From NCBI GenBank assembly GCA_041664365.1, contig JBAYKW010000001.1, forward strand, positions 244,465-308,464: a stretch of 64,000 nt of DNA, in the 5' to 3' direction. Position numbers and translations under genes: made by a program. This DNA comes from Patescibacteria group bacterium. GTDB lineage: Bacteria; Patescibacteriota; Patescibacteriia; UM-FILTER-42-10. Below, one piece after another: positions 36,442-46,268 of the stretch. Under the pieces are notes generated by a model that saw only the letters and a program-made list of their open reading frames with translations, searched no databases and had not been told where the DNA came from. The first letter of the stretch is position 1, and every line of letters begins with the position of its first letter.

Positions 36442-38094
36442 AACCTATTAACACAATTTATTAACGAGGCGCTTAAATCAGACCTGAAAGATAAAAGCGA
36501 TTTTTATCTGTTTAAAAGGCGGTTTTCAAAAACGCATAAAATACCCTTTTATACCAACAATGTCATTCTAGCGCATTACCGCAAATTGGTTAATGACGGG
36601 ATGTTTAAGGAGAACAACAAATTTGTTCGCCTACTTAGGATACGCGATATCAGAACCTTATCCGGAATAGCATCAATCGGAGTACACACCAAGCCCCTTC
36701 CCTGTCCGGGTAAATGCATATACTGTCCCACCGAAAAAGGTATGCCAAAAAGTTATCTTTCGACCCAGCCTGCAGTCATGCGTTCAATGGGACAAATGTT
36801 TGATCCGTATCGAATGGTTAAGGCAAGATTGCGTGCATACTATGAAAATGGTCATCCGACTGATAAATGCGAATTAATTGTAATGGGCGGCACATGGTCC
36901 TTTCACAGTAAACTTTATCAGATTTGGTACCTGAAAAGATGTATGGATGCATTTAATGACGGCATTAAAAGTTCCCGCAGATCCAAGACTGATATTAATG
37001 AAATACTGGAATCAAAAAATTATAAGCAAACAAACATATCCTACAAACTACTGCTGGGGAAATTGAAACGTGCTCAAGTTCTGAATGAAAAAGCTTATAA
37101 TAGAGTCGTCGGGATTACGCTTGAAACCAGGCCGGATTTTGTCAGTACGAAAGAAGTGCGTATGATGCGAGAGCTCGGTGCAACCCGGGTAGAAATGGGT
37201 GTGCAGAGTACTCACGATCACATCCTGGATATTAATAAAAGAGGACATAAGGTAAAAGCAACGATTAGAGCGACACAACTGTACAAAGATGCCGGTTTTA
37301 AAATTACCTATCATCTGATGCCGGGACTGTATAAAGCAACTCTAAAAAATGATTTAGATATGTTTCACGAGATATTTGAAAACCAGGACTTTCAGCCGGA
37401 TCAGATAAAAATTTATCCGACAATTGTGTCTGAGTTTTCAGAGCTTTATGATTTGTGGAAAAGCGGAAAATATAAACCATATTCCGATAAGCAGCTAAAA
37501 ATACTCCTAAAGGAAATTAAGCTCCTCTGCCCGCCATATATCCGTATCGCGAGACTATTCCGTGATATTCCGAAACAAAGCATAGCGGGTGGGATGCAGA
37601 TTACCAATATCCGCCAAATTATTCTCAATGAACTCAAGCAGGAGGGTAAATCCTGCCGTTGTATCAGGTGTCGTGAAGCGGGAGGAATCAGTATTTCGCA
37701 AAAAGACGTGCGCTTGGTAAAAAGGGTATATAAAGCTTCAGGCGGAACGGAAATATTTTTAAGCTATGAATCAAAGGACTACTCAACAATATTTGCTTTT
37801 TGCCGACTGAGGTTTCCAAAAAATAAAAATAAGACCCACTACATCGAAGCACTGCAAAACTCTGCATTAATCAGGGAATTGCACACATACGGCGAGATGA
37901 TTCCTCTGGCAAATAATAAAGGTAAAACACAGCATATTGGTTTTGGTAAAAAACTGATGCATGAAGCGGAAAAACTTTCATTAAAAAAAGGATATAAAAA
38001 AATAGCCGTCATCTCCGGCATCGGAGTTAGGGGCTATTATCAGAAATTGGGTTACCGGCTAAAAGATGAATACATGGTCAGGAATCTGGAATAG
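36433..38094 (+). CDS. Elp3-family radical SAM/GNAT protein (tRNA wobble uridine modification, Elongator protein 3 homolog)
   Basis: Radical SAM cluster motif CPGKCIYCPTEKG, conserved Elp3 central region, C-terminal GNAT segment GIGVRGYYQKLGY. Confidence 0.75.
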   Translation: MNQNLLTQFINEALKSDLKDKSDFYLFKRRFSKTHKIPFYTNNVILAHYRKLVNDGMFKENNKFVRLLRIRDIRTLSGIASIGVHTKPLPCPGKCIYCPTEKGMPKSYLSTQPAVMRSMGQMFDPYRMVKARLRAYYENGHPTDKCELIVMGGTWSFHSKLYQIWYLKRCMDAFNDGIKSSRRSKTDINEILESKNYKQTNISYKLLLGKLKRAQVLNEKAYNRVVGITLETRPDFVSTKEVRMMRELGATRVEMGVQSTHDHILDINKRGHKVKATIRATQLYKDAGFKITYHLMPGLYKATLKNDLDMFHEIFENQDFQPDQIKIYPTIVSEFSELYDLWKSGKYKPYSDKQLKILLKEIKLLCPPYIRIARLFRDIPKQSIAGGMQITNIRQIILNELKQEGKSCRCIRCREAGGISISQKDVRLVKRVYKASGGTEIFLSYESKDYSTIFAFCRLRFPKNKNKTHYIEALQNSALIRELHTYGEMIPLANNKGKTQHIGFGKKLMHEAEKLSLKKGYKKIAVISGIGVRGYYQKLGYRLKDEYMVRNLE

Positions 38095-38134
38095 TCAGAC
38101 AAAACGCAATCTAATACTACCACTTTAACAATAT

Positions 38135-38153
38135 TGGAATAAAATATTTATTC
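38135..38153. terminator. Bidirectional hairpin between convergent Elp3 and VanX-like genes
   Basis: GGAATAAA-ata-TTTATTCC perfect 8-bp stem; overlaps the VanX-like stop codon; AT-rich so stability is modest. Confidence 0.35.
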
Positions 38154-38741
38154 CTCCCAATCCCAGTGCCACCACTCAGGATTGTAATTAACAAATCCAC
38201 TTTTTTCGAGCACCATTTTTAGAAGCCGACGGTTATGTTTCGCTGTTTGCTCAAAATGATTAAGTACGGCCTTTTTTTCATAATAATCAGTTTCCGCGCG
38301 TTCGCTAATATCATCATGATCGGTTCCCATGTAAAGCTCTTCACCCTGACCGTTGATAATTGTAAGATCGAACGATCCGCCATTACGATGTGTCCCCAAC
38401 TTGATAACCTGCTTTGTTGGTTTAGAACAAAAAGTGAAAACCAACTTATCCAGTGCTTGCCTATCCAATTTAGGATTTGCATGTTTTAAACGCAACCTGA
38501 AACTTTTAATCATTTGTTTTTGTACTTCAAGTGGCCTTTGAGCATCCCAGATTTTAAAATTATATCCTCTAGGCAACAGTTTCTGGGCACTCAAAAGTGC
38601 CTTTATTGCTGATTCACGTGCCAAAATTCTGGAACTGCGAGACCAACCGTAAAAATAGTAGCGTGGCTCTACAGCAAAACCAAACTTCTCAACATCAATA
38701 AATTTTATTTTCATTTTATTTGCTTTCATTGTCTTGCCCAA
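38148..38741 (-). CDS. M15-family D-Ala-D-Ala dipeptidase (VanX/DdpX-like)
   Basis: GTHRNGGSFDLT (HxxGxxxDLT zinc-ligand region) and EWWHWDWE (EwWH catalytic motif); apparent TTG start. Confidence 0.6.
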   Translation of the reverse strand: MGKTMKANKMKIKFIDVEKFGFAVEPRYYFYGWSRSSRILARESAIKALLSAQKLLPRGYNFKIWDAQRPLEVQKQMIKSFRLRLKHANPKLDRQALDKLVFTFCSKPTKQVIKLGTHRNGGSFDLTIINGQGEELYMGTDHDDISERAETDYYEKKAVLNHFEQTAKHNRRLLKMVLEKSGFVNYNPEWWHWDWEE

Positions 38742-39444
38742 TATGTAAGGGGTTAAATTTTGTGTTGATATCGTAATAATCCTCTTGCTCCGATTTTTTC
38801 AGGTAATTCACAACTTTGTACGTAGCGGGTGTCAGCACAATCTCAAAAGCAAGTTTAAATACGTAATTTGAAATAATCAGACTAATCAGCAGTTCTTTCG
38901 GCAGTATTCCGGAAAAAGCAATCACGATAAACAACAGACTGTCTATTAATTGGCCGATAACTGTAGATGCGATCGTTCTGGACCATAGCCATCTGCCTTT
39001 TGTCCGTATTTTGAGTTTGGCAAGGATTATTGCATTAGAAAATTCACCAGCAAAATAAGCAATTAAACTGGCAATTACCAACCTTGGTGTCAGGCCGAGA
39101 ATTACATCATATGCGTTTTGATTCGTCCAGTTTGGATCAGCGGGCAGTTTGCCAATCAGAATGATAGTCACAGACATTAACAATGCGCAAATGAATCCTA
39201 ACCAGATCACCTTGCGTGACTGCCGAAAGCCATACACTTCTGTTAGAATGTCGCCAAAAATGTAACTCAAAGGAAAAATCAGCGTACCACCGTCAAATGA
39301 AAAAAAACCTAGATCAATAATCTTTGTAGAAACAATATTGGAAATCAGTAATACAGAAACAAATAAAACACTTATCGTTCCCAGATGTTTATAACGCTTA
39401 TCGATTTTTTCTGATTTGTTTTCCTGATTTACTAGTGTTTGCAT
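38716..39444 (-). CDS. Queuosine-precursor transporter family protein (YhhQ/QueT, Vut_1/DUF165)
   Basis: KHLGTISVLFVSVLLISNIVSTKIIDLGFFSFDGGTLIFPLSYIFGDILTEVYGFRQSRK matches the family N-terminal signature; 6 TM. Confidence 0.65.
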   Translation of the reverse strand: MQTLVNQENKSEKIDKRYKHLGTISVLFVSVLLISNIVSTKIIDLGFFSFDGGTLIFPLSYIFGDILTEVYGFRQSRKVIWLGFICALLMSVTIILIGKLPADPNWTNQNAYDVILGLTPRLVIASLIAYFAGEFSNAIILAKLKIRTKGRWLWSRTIASTVIGQLIDSLLFIVIAFSGILPKELLISLIISNYVFKLAFEIVLTPATYKVVNYLKKSEQEDYYDINTKFNPLHIGQDNESK

Positions 39445-39448
39445 AATA

Positions 39449-39925
39449 TCAGACTATCCGTTCATCCTTTCTTATCTCCATCCATATTTTTCCTATCTCA
39501 TTACGTCCGTTTCCGTCTTTTCCACTGCCCCAGAATGAATCTACGGGTGAATTCTCGATTATCTCTCTGCCAGAAGTTCTATGTAATACTTCTCGAACAT
39601 CTTTATGCTGGGCTGTTTTTGATTTTAGTATCTCTTTCATAACATCTCTTTTAATATCATGCCAGTCAGCACTCATTTTTGATTTATTTTTATCAGCAAC
39701 TTGTTTGGCAACTTCTGGACTTGGAGCTAAGTAGATTTTTTCTGCAATATCCATTTCATGCACAAATTTTTTCCAATGATAGGCATGTTCCGCAGTTGGA
39801 AATGTTTTATTCCAAATATTTATGGAATGTGCGGAATAGTTATCCAACGGGTAAAAAGCAGAAGTAAAAAAGAAAATCTGCTTTTTCGTTTCTCTGTTTA
39901 AATTTTTACTGGAATTAGGATACAT
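39449..39925 (-). CDS. NADAR-family protein (YbiA-like, DUF1768)
   Basis: FFFTSAFYPL ... FPTAEHAYHWKKF ... SPVDSFWGSGKDGNGRNEIGKIWMEIR pattern of NADAR/YbiA N-glycosidase-like proteins. Confidence 0.65.
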   Translation of the reverse strand: MYPNSSKNLNRETKKQIFFFTSAFYPLDNYSAHSINIWNKTFPTAEHAYHWKKFVHEMDIAEKIYLAPSPEVAKQVADKNKSKMSADWHDIKRDVMKEILKSKTAQHKDVREVLHRTSGREIIENSPVDSFWGSGKDGNGRNEIGKIWMEIRKDERIV

Positions 39926-39928
39926 ACT

Positions 39929-42688
39929 TTACACTCCGTGGCACTTCTTATATTTCTTCCCTGATCCGCAAGGACACTCATCATTCCGGCCAACTTTTTC
40001 ACCTGCTACAGTTTTCAATTTACCTCCGGCAGTAACCTTTGTTCCAGGCAAAGCCTGTGTTTTTTGTTCTGAAAATGTGTCATTCGAAGCCTGCGATTGA
40101 CCCATAGGTAATGTGAAGTGTTGCGTCTGCTCACTCATCGTCTTTGAGGGAGCCTGCATTACTTGCTTTGCCTGCATCATCGACGGAGCTATTTCTTTTG
40201 CAATTCCAATTTTATAAATTGTATGAGCAACATCGCTTTGCAGGCTTGCCATCATTGCAATGAATAACTGGTATGCTTCTCTCTTATACTCAATCAGAGG
40301 ATCCCGCTGTCCATATCCGCGCAAACCGATACCTGTTCTCAGGTGCTCCATTTGCGACAAATGATCAATCCACAACCGGTCAATTACTCTCAAAATAATT
40401 CCACGCTCAAGACTGCGCATTAGTTGTTCATCGCCAACTCTGGTTTCCAGATTTTTGTATTCTTTATGCGCCAGACTAATCAAGTATTTAATCAAGTGTG
40501 TTCTGCTTTTTGCATCTTCCAGTTTAGTACCCGCCTCTTTATGAATATCCTCCATTTTTACCCTAGCTTCCATTGTAATTGGAAATATTGTATCAACCAC
40601 CTCATAGATCTCCTCAATATTCCAAGCATTTTCATCTTCGGACGCTGTGTGAAAAGAAACAACTTGTTCAATTTCTGACTCAATAAGTTTTAATACTTCA
40701 CCTTTGCAACCTTCTTCTTTTTCCTCAGAATAAAGTGCTTCCCTTCTCTTTTTATATATTACTTCTCTGTGCTTATTGATCACATCATCATATTCAACCA
40801 GATGTTTTCTGATATCAAAGTTATTTCCCTCCACCTTTTTTTGAGCTGATTCCAGTGACCTGCTGATCATTTTGTTCTGTATCGGCATATCATCAGGAAT
40901 TCCCAGCCGTTCCATGATTGTTTTCATGCGATCGGATCCAAATATTCTCATTAGATCGTCTTCCATCGAAACAAAAAACTGCGTTTCTCCAGGATCACCC
41001 TGTCTGCCCGAGCGACCGCGCAATTGGTTATCGATCCTTCTTGATTCATGGCGTTCAGTACCGATGACAAGCAAACCGCCGTCAGCTGAAACATCGTTTG
41101 CTTCAGATTCGCTCGGTGGGTTGCCGCCTAATATAATATCGACGCCTCTACCGGCCATGTTAGTGGCAACAGTTACCGCGCCTTTCTTACCCGCCTGAGC
41201 AATAATATTTGCCTCCTGCTCATGTTGTTTCGCATTTAGCATCTTATGGGCTATGCCTTCCATTTCCAGAAGTTGTCCAAGTCTTTCATTTTTCTCGATT
41301 GATATAGTACCGATCAATACAGGCTGGCCTTTTTCATTGCGTGATTTAACCTCTCTGACAATTGCATTAAATTTTGCTTCCTCCGTTTTAAATATCTGAT
41401 CAGTTTTATCTATACGAACCAATTGTTTATTTGTCGGTATGACAACAACCTCCAAGCCGTAAATTTTTGAAAACTCCTCAGCCTCTGTCGCTGCAGTTCC
41501 CGTCATTCCTGCTAATTTCTCAAACATTCTGAAATAGTTCTGAAATGTTATTGAGGCCAGTGTTCTGCTTTCTTTCATCACTTCCACATTTTCTTTTGCT
41601 TCGATAGCCTGATGTAAACCTTCTGAATACCTTCTGCCCGGCATTAATCTGCCTGTAAATTCATCAACAATGACAATTTCTCCGTCTTTAATTACATAAT
41701 CACGATCCAGTTTAAACAAAGCCTTAGCTTTCAATGACTGTTCGATGTGGTGCACGAGGTTAATTCCACCCTCAGCATATAAATTTTCTATTCCAAGAGC
41801 TTTTTCAACATGAGTTATTCCTAACTCAGTCAATGTAGCTGCCCGCATTTTCTCATCAATATTATAATCCTGATTTTCGTCTAATTTATTGACTAGTTGA
41901 GCAAATTTATAATACTGATCGGTTGCTTCTTCGTCCGGCGCTGAAATAATTAACGGCGTTCTGGCTTCGTCGATTAAAATACTATCAACTTCATCAACGA
42001 TCGCGTATACCAGACCTCTCTGCACCATCTGTGATCTGCTCTGAACCATATTGTCCCTTAGATAATCGAATCCGAATTCATTATTCGTGCCATAGGTTAT
42101 ATCCGCCTGGTATGCCTCTCTCCTTGTGACCGGTCTCAACAGTTCTATATCAACCTGGGTTGTCACCTTTTCTTCGGTCTCTGATTTTACCGTCGGGTCA
42201 TACAGGAATGCTTCGTCATGCTGAATACAGCCGACAGAAACCCCTAAGAGATTATAAATCTTCCCCATCCAAGCGGTATCTCTTTTTGCCAGATAATCAT
42301 TAACTGTTACCAGATGAGCACCTTTTCCGGTGAGCGCGTTTAAATAAAGCGGCATTGTTGCTGACAGTGTTTTTCCTTCACCTGTTTTCATTTCTGAAAT
42401 TCTTCCCTGATGCAATACCAACCCCCCCATCACCTGAGTTTTATACGGAAATTGATTAATTGTTCGCTTTGCTGCTTCTCTTGCCAATGCAAACGCCTCA
42501 GGTAGAATATCCTCAACAGTTTTTCCTGATTTCAATCTATTTTTGAATTCCTCGGTTTTTTGGGAAAATGCTTCAAGTGGCAATTTCTCAAATTCATTTT
42601 TAAACCTCTCAACATTTTCCGCCTGCTCTTCGAGCTTAGAAATTGTCTTTTTATTCGGATCGCCAAACAGTTTTCCTAGGATCGCCAT
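39929..42688 (-). CDS. secA: Preprotein translocase ATPase SecA
   Basis: 919 aa; DEAD-motor motifs; C-terminal zinc site CPCGSGKKYKKCHG. Confidence 0.9.
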   Translation of the reverse strand: MAILGKLFGDPNKKTISKLEEQAENVERFKNEFEKLPLEAFSQKTEEFKNRLKSGKTVEDILPEAFALAREAAKRTINQFPYKTQVMGGLVLHQGRISEMKTGEGKTLSATMPLYLNALTGKGAHLVTVNDYLAKRDTAWMGKIYNLLGVSVGCIQHDEAFLYDPTVKSETEEKVTTQVDIELLRPVTRREAYQADITYGTNNEFGFDYLRDNMVQSRSQMVQRGLVYAIVDEVDSILIDEARTPLIISAPDEEATDQYYKFAQLVNKLDENQDYNIDEKMRAATLTELGITHVEKALGIENLYAEGGINLVHHIEQSLKAKALFKLDRDYVIKDGEIVIVDEFTGRLMPGRRYSEGLHQAIEAKENVEVMKESRTLASITFQNYFRMFEKLAGMTGTAATEAEEFSKIYGLEVVVIPTNKQLVRIDKTDQIFKTEEAKFNAIVREVKSRNEKGQPVLIGTISIEKNERLGQLLEMEGIAHKMLNAKQHEQEANIIAQAGKKGAVTVATNMAGRGVDIILGGNPPSESEANDVSADGGLLVIGTERHESRRIDNQLRGRSGRQGDPGETQFFVSMEDDLMRIFGSDRMKTIMERLGIPDDMPIQNKMISRSLESAQKKVEGNNFDIRKHLVEYDDVINKHREVIYKKRREALYSEEKEEGCKGEVLKLIESEIEQVVSFHTASEDENAWNIEEIYEVVDTIFPITMEARVKMEDIHKEAGTKLEDAKSRTHLIKYLISLAHKEYKNLETRVGDEQLMRSLERGIILRVIDRLWIDHLSQMEHLRTGIGLRGYGQRDPLIEYKREAYQLFIAMMASLQSDVAHTIYKIGIAKEIAPSMMQAKQVMQAPSKTMSEQTQHFTLPMGQSQASNDTFSEQKTQALPGTKVTAGGKLKTVAGEKVGRNDECPCGSGKKYKKCHGV

Positions 42689-42700
42689 TTCAATATTTTT

Positions 42701-43666
42701 TTAATAATTATCAAAACCCACCAGTTGTATTTCCTCCTGCAACTGAATTCCGTATTTTACCCTAACTTTTTGTTTAATAACACCAATCAGCATAATAATC
42801 TGTTCCGCTGTGGCGTTCCCTTTATTGATGATAAAATTTGCATGAACATTTGATATCATTGCATCACCGATCGTAAATCCTTTCAATCCCAATTGATCAA
42901 TCAGGTAGCCAGATGAAAGCAGGTCGTTATTCACCGCTGTTTTTTCAATCCCTTTTTTCTCTAATTCTTCAACAGAAAAATCAATCTTTGTATTTTTAAA
43001 CACACAGCCGGCGCTTGGTGATTCAAATTCCTGCTGACTTTTTTTATTATTTACTATTTCCATAGTTTTTTTCTGTACAGTTTCTTTGTCAGATTGTACT
43101 AGATGGAAATATGCCGTTATAATAATTTCTGAATTTGTTTTAAAAACACTTTCTCGATAGCCGAAATTACATTCCAAGTTTGTTTTTTCCTCACTAACAC
43201 CTTTTTCATTTACGATGAGGACTTTTGTTAGTACATCCTTAATTTCTGTTCCCCATGCTCCGGCATTCCCACGCACCGCACCGCCAACGCTGCCCGGTAT
43301 GCCGGCCGCGAATTCAACCCCTGACAAACCGTGCTCTTTTGCAACATTGGCAAGCATACTCAGATTAACACCTGCATCAGCAATTATTTCCGTATTAACT
43401 ACTGAAATATTTCTAGACTTATTATGGATCACCAAACCCCTGAAACCTTTATCCGAGATCAATACATTACTGCCTCGAGCTAATATAAATATCTGCAAGC
43501 CTAGTTCATGCGCTACTTTTACCGCATTCATTACATCCTGAGCTGACTCCGCCAAAAAATAAAACTCTGCCGGCCCACCGATTTTGTAGCCGGTAAGCGG
43601 AGCAAGGGGAAAATCGCTTTTCACGCGATCGCCCAGTTTAATATTTAACTCATTTACAATTTGCAT
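42701..43666 (-). CDS. murB: UDP-N-acetylenolpyruvoylglucosamine reductase
   Basis: FAD-binding N-terminus (KIGGPAEFYF ... LARGSNVLISDKGFRGLVI) and MurB C-terminal domain. Confidence 0.8.
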   Translation of the reverse strand: MQIVNELNIKLGDRVKSDFPLAPLTGYKIGGPAEFYFLAESAQDVMNAVKVAHELGLQIFILARGSNVLISDKGFRGLVIHNKSRNISVVNTEIIADAGVNLSMLANVAKEHGLSGVEFAAGIPGSVGGAVRGNAGAWGTEIKDVLTKVLIVNEKGVSEEKTNLECNFGYRESVFKTNSEIIITAYFHLVQSDKETVQKKTMEIVNNKKSQQEFESPSAGCVFKNTKIDFSVEELEKKGIEKTAVNNDLLSSGYLIDQLGLKGFTIGDAMISNVHANFIINKGNATAEQIIMLIGVIKQKVRVKYGIQLQEEIQLVGFDNY

Positions 43667-45072
43667 CAGATTTTTTTTATCAATTCAAGCGCAATTTTAT
43701 TAAAATCACCAACTGCCATTATTAACACAACATCCCCAGCTTTACAGTTTGAAACAAGGTGTGACAATACGTTTTCCCTGCCCGGAATATATGAGACATT
43801 TTGGTGGTTTTTACTGATTTCGTCAACTAATACTCTGCTGTTTATTTTAAAATCCCCCTCTTTTTCCCGCGCAGGATAGATATCAGGGATAATCACTGCA
43901 TCGGCATCTACAAAGGCATCTGCCAACTCGCCGACAGTTGCCTTGGTTCTGCTGAATGTATGTGGTTCAAATACGGCCCAAATCTTTTGATTTGGATACT
44001 TTGACCTCGCAGCCTGCAGCGTAACCTTAACTGCCGTCGGATGATGAGCATAGTCATCAATGACCGTCACACCTCTAGCTACCCCCTTTAGTTCAAAACG
44101 CCTACTTGGCCCTTTGAATTCTGAAAGCATTTTTATCGGATTTGAAAGATCACATTTCAAATAATCCATTGCTGCAATGCTGGCAAGTACATTCAATACA
44201 TTATGATCCCCGGCCAGGGAAGAATTAACATCATATTTTTCCGCGGTTCCGACCTTACGCACAATATAATTTGACATGCCGTTTTTTTGTATAATTTTTT
44301 CAGCCTTCCAATCAAGACTGTTTCCTTTAATTCCATACCAGATAATTTTCCGATCAACATCTTTCAGCAGTTTTTTTACATTCAGATTATCATGACAGGC
44401 AATGATGATACCTTCGGGTGGGACTGTTTTGATCAATTTTTTAAACTTATCCATCAGATCATTGATATTTTTGTAATAATCAAAATGGTCCATATCAATA
44501 TTTGTCAGTATCAGTATGTCCGGATGATAATGAAGAAATTTCGGTCGCTTATCAGAAAATGAGGAATAATATTCATCCCCCTCAAATAAAACTGTATCTG
44601 AATTATTCAGTTGGAAATTAGTTTTAAAATCCTGCACATAACCGCCAATTATGAAATTAATTGGTTTGGACGCCGCCCTTAAACCATATGCTATTAGTGA
44701 ACTCGTAGTTGTTTTACCGTGCGTTCCGGAAACAATTATCCTTTGGTGGTTAATAAACAAATTGTAGATTAGTTCCGCAAAGGAGGCATAATTGATTCCT
44801 TTTTTCAGAACTTCTGCCACTTCAGGATTTTTTTCCGGAGTCTCCCCCGCACTTATTATTACCAAATCAGGATCTCCGACATTTTTTTTATCATAACCGG
44901 AAAAATATTCTATTCTATTTTGCTTCAACACAATTGATGCGGGCGGATAAATATTTTCCGCGTCACTTCCCGTGACAGTAAAACCGCGCTGTTTTACCAC
45001 TGCAGCCACTGCGCTCATTGCAACACCGCCAATGCCGACAAAATGTATTGTTTTTATTTTATTTAGATCCAT
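43666..45072 (-). CDS. murC: UDP-N-acetylmuramate--L-alanine ligase
   Basis: IHFVGIGGVAMSAVA and SGTHGKTTTSSLIAY Mur-ligase motifs. Confidence 0.85.
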   Translation of the reverse strand: MDLNKIKTIHFVGIGGVAMSAVAAVVKQRGFTVTGSDAENIYPPASIVLKQNRIEYFSGYDKKNVGDPDLVIISAGETPEKNPEVAEVLKKGINYASFAELIYNLFINHQRIIVSGTHGKTTTSSLIAYGLRAASKPINFIIGGYVQDFKTNFQLNNSDTVLFEGDEYYSSFSDKRPKFLHYHPDILILTNIDMDHFDYYKNINDLMDKFKKLIKTVPPEGIIIACHDNLNVKKLLKDVDRKIIWYGIKGNSLDWKAEKIIQKNGMSNYIVRKVGTAEKYDVNSSLAGDHNVLNVLASIAAMDYLKCDLSNPIKMLSEFKGPSRRFELKGVARGVTVIDDYAHHPTAVKVTLQAARSKYPNQKIWAVFEPHTFSRTKATVGELADAFVDADAVIIPDIYPAREKEGDFKINSRVLVDEISKNHQNVSYIPGRENVLSHLVSNCKAGDVVLIMAVGDFNKIALELIKKI

Positions 45073-46234
45073 GATTGTTGATTACCGAAATAATTTCATC
45101 AGCAATTTTCTTATTGCCGTTATGCTCCATAATTTTTTTTATATTTTTACTGAGTTCTGCGCGTTTTGAATTGCTATGAAGCAAGTCTCTAATAAAGTTT
45201 GTAAACAGTTCCGTATTTAAAATTCCCTGATTCAGAGAAAGTGCAGCATTTTTTGATGCAAAATAATTAGCGTTTTTTTCCTGATGCGATCCGGATAGGG
45301 GGACAATAATCACCGGCTTCCCTAATATTGCCAGCTCTGACAAGGTGGATATTCCTGCGCGTGTAATGACTATATCAGCAACAAATAATGCGTGTCTTAA
45401 TTCATCCATATTAAGGAACTCGTGCGTATGATACCGGCTGAGATTATTACTGCTGTAATTCACTTTACCCTTTTGGCCGAGCATCTCCTCTACAGACCCG
45501 GGGCGGTATTGATCCTTCAAATTTTCATCCTGAAATATATTTTTACCTTTACCGGCAACATGAATTATCTGGCAAAATTCCAGCATTTTTGGCAGAGCAT
45601 CTGTGACAATTTTATTCAATGTTAATGCGCCTGTCCCGCCACCAAGGATCAGAACAATTGGAACATCATCTGTAAGTGAAAATAAATGCTTTGCTTCATC
45701 ACGATTCCCATTTAAAATATCCCCCCTTACAGCATTGCCTGTTATTATCGTTTTCTTGCGCGGAAAATGACCGATTGATTCGGGAAATGTAACAGTAATT
45801 CTGTCTGCAAATGGTGCCATCAGTTTATTTGCCAGTCCAATCTGAATATCCTGCTGGTGGACGATAATCGGCTTTCGTAATAACCAGGCGGCCCAGACAA
45901 CAGGCACAGCGACAAAACTACCGGCGGTCACAATGACATCAGGCTTCCACTTCCTCAGAATGTTGAATGCTTGAAAAAACCCTGCGATAACTGCAAACGG
46001 TGTTACTAAATTTCTCGGATCAAAATACCTTCTTAGTTTACCCGACCTAATCGCCCTAAATTCAATATTGCCTTCTTCAGCAAAGTCTTTTTCAATTGAA
46101 TTTTTTCCGCCAATAAATAAAAAATCTGCCTGATGCGATTTTAATATTTCCTCAAATATGGCTAATAACGGCGCAACCGATCCGCCGGTTCCGCCGCCTG
46201 ATAACACAATTTTCATATCAAAATTATACCCCAA
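45059..46234 (-). CDS. murG: Undecaprenyldiphospho-muramoylpentapeptide beta-N-acetylglucosaminyltransferase
   Basis: KIVLSGGGTGGSVAPLLAI N-terminal G-loop, GT28 architecture, position in dcw cluster. Confidence 0.8.
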   Translation of the reverse strand: MGYNFDMKIVLSGGGTGGSVAPLLAIFEEILKSHQADFLFIGGKNSIEKDFAEEGNIEFRAIRSGKLRRYFDPRNLVTPFAVIAGFFQAFNILRKWKPDVIVTAGSFVAVPVVWAAWLLRKPIIVHQQDIQIGLANKLMAPFADRITVTFPESIGHFPRKKTIITGNAVRGDILNGNRDEAKHLFSLTDDVPIVLILGGGTGALTLNKIVTDALPKMLEFCQIIHVAGKGKNIFQDENLKDQYRPGSVEEMLGQKGKVNYSSNNLSRYHTHEFLNMDELRHALFVADIVITRAGISTLSELAILGKPVIIVPLSGSHQEKNANYFASKNAALSLNQGILNTELFTNFIRDLLHSNSKRAELSKNIKKIMEHNGNKKIADEIISVINNHGSK

Positions 46235-46268
46235 AACGGGGTTTTAGTAAAGAAATATCGCGTTGGTT

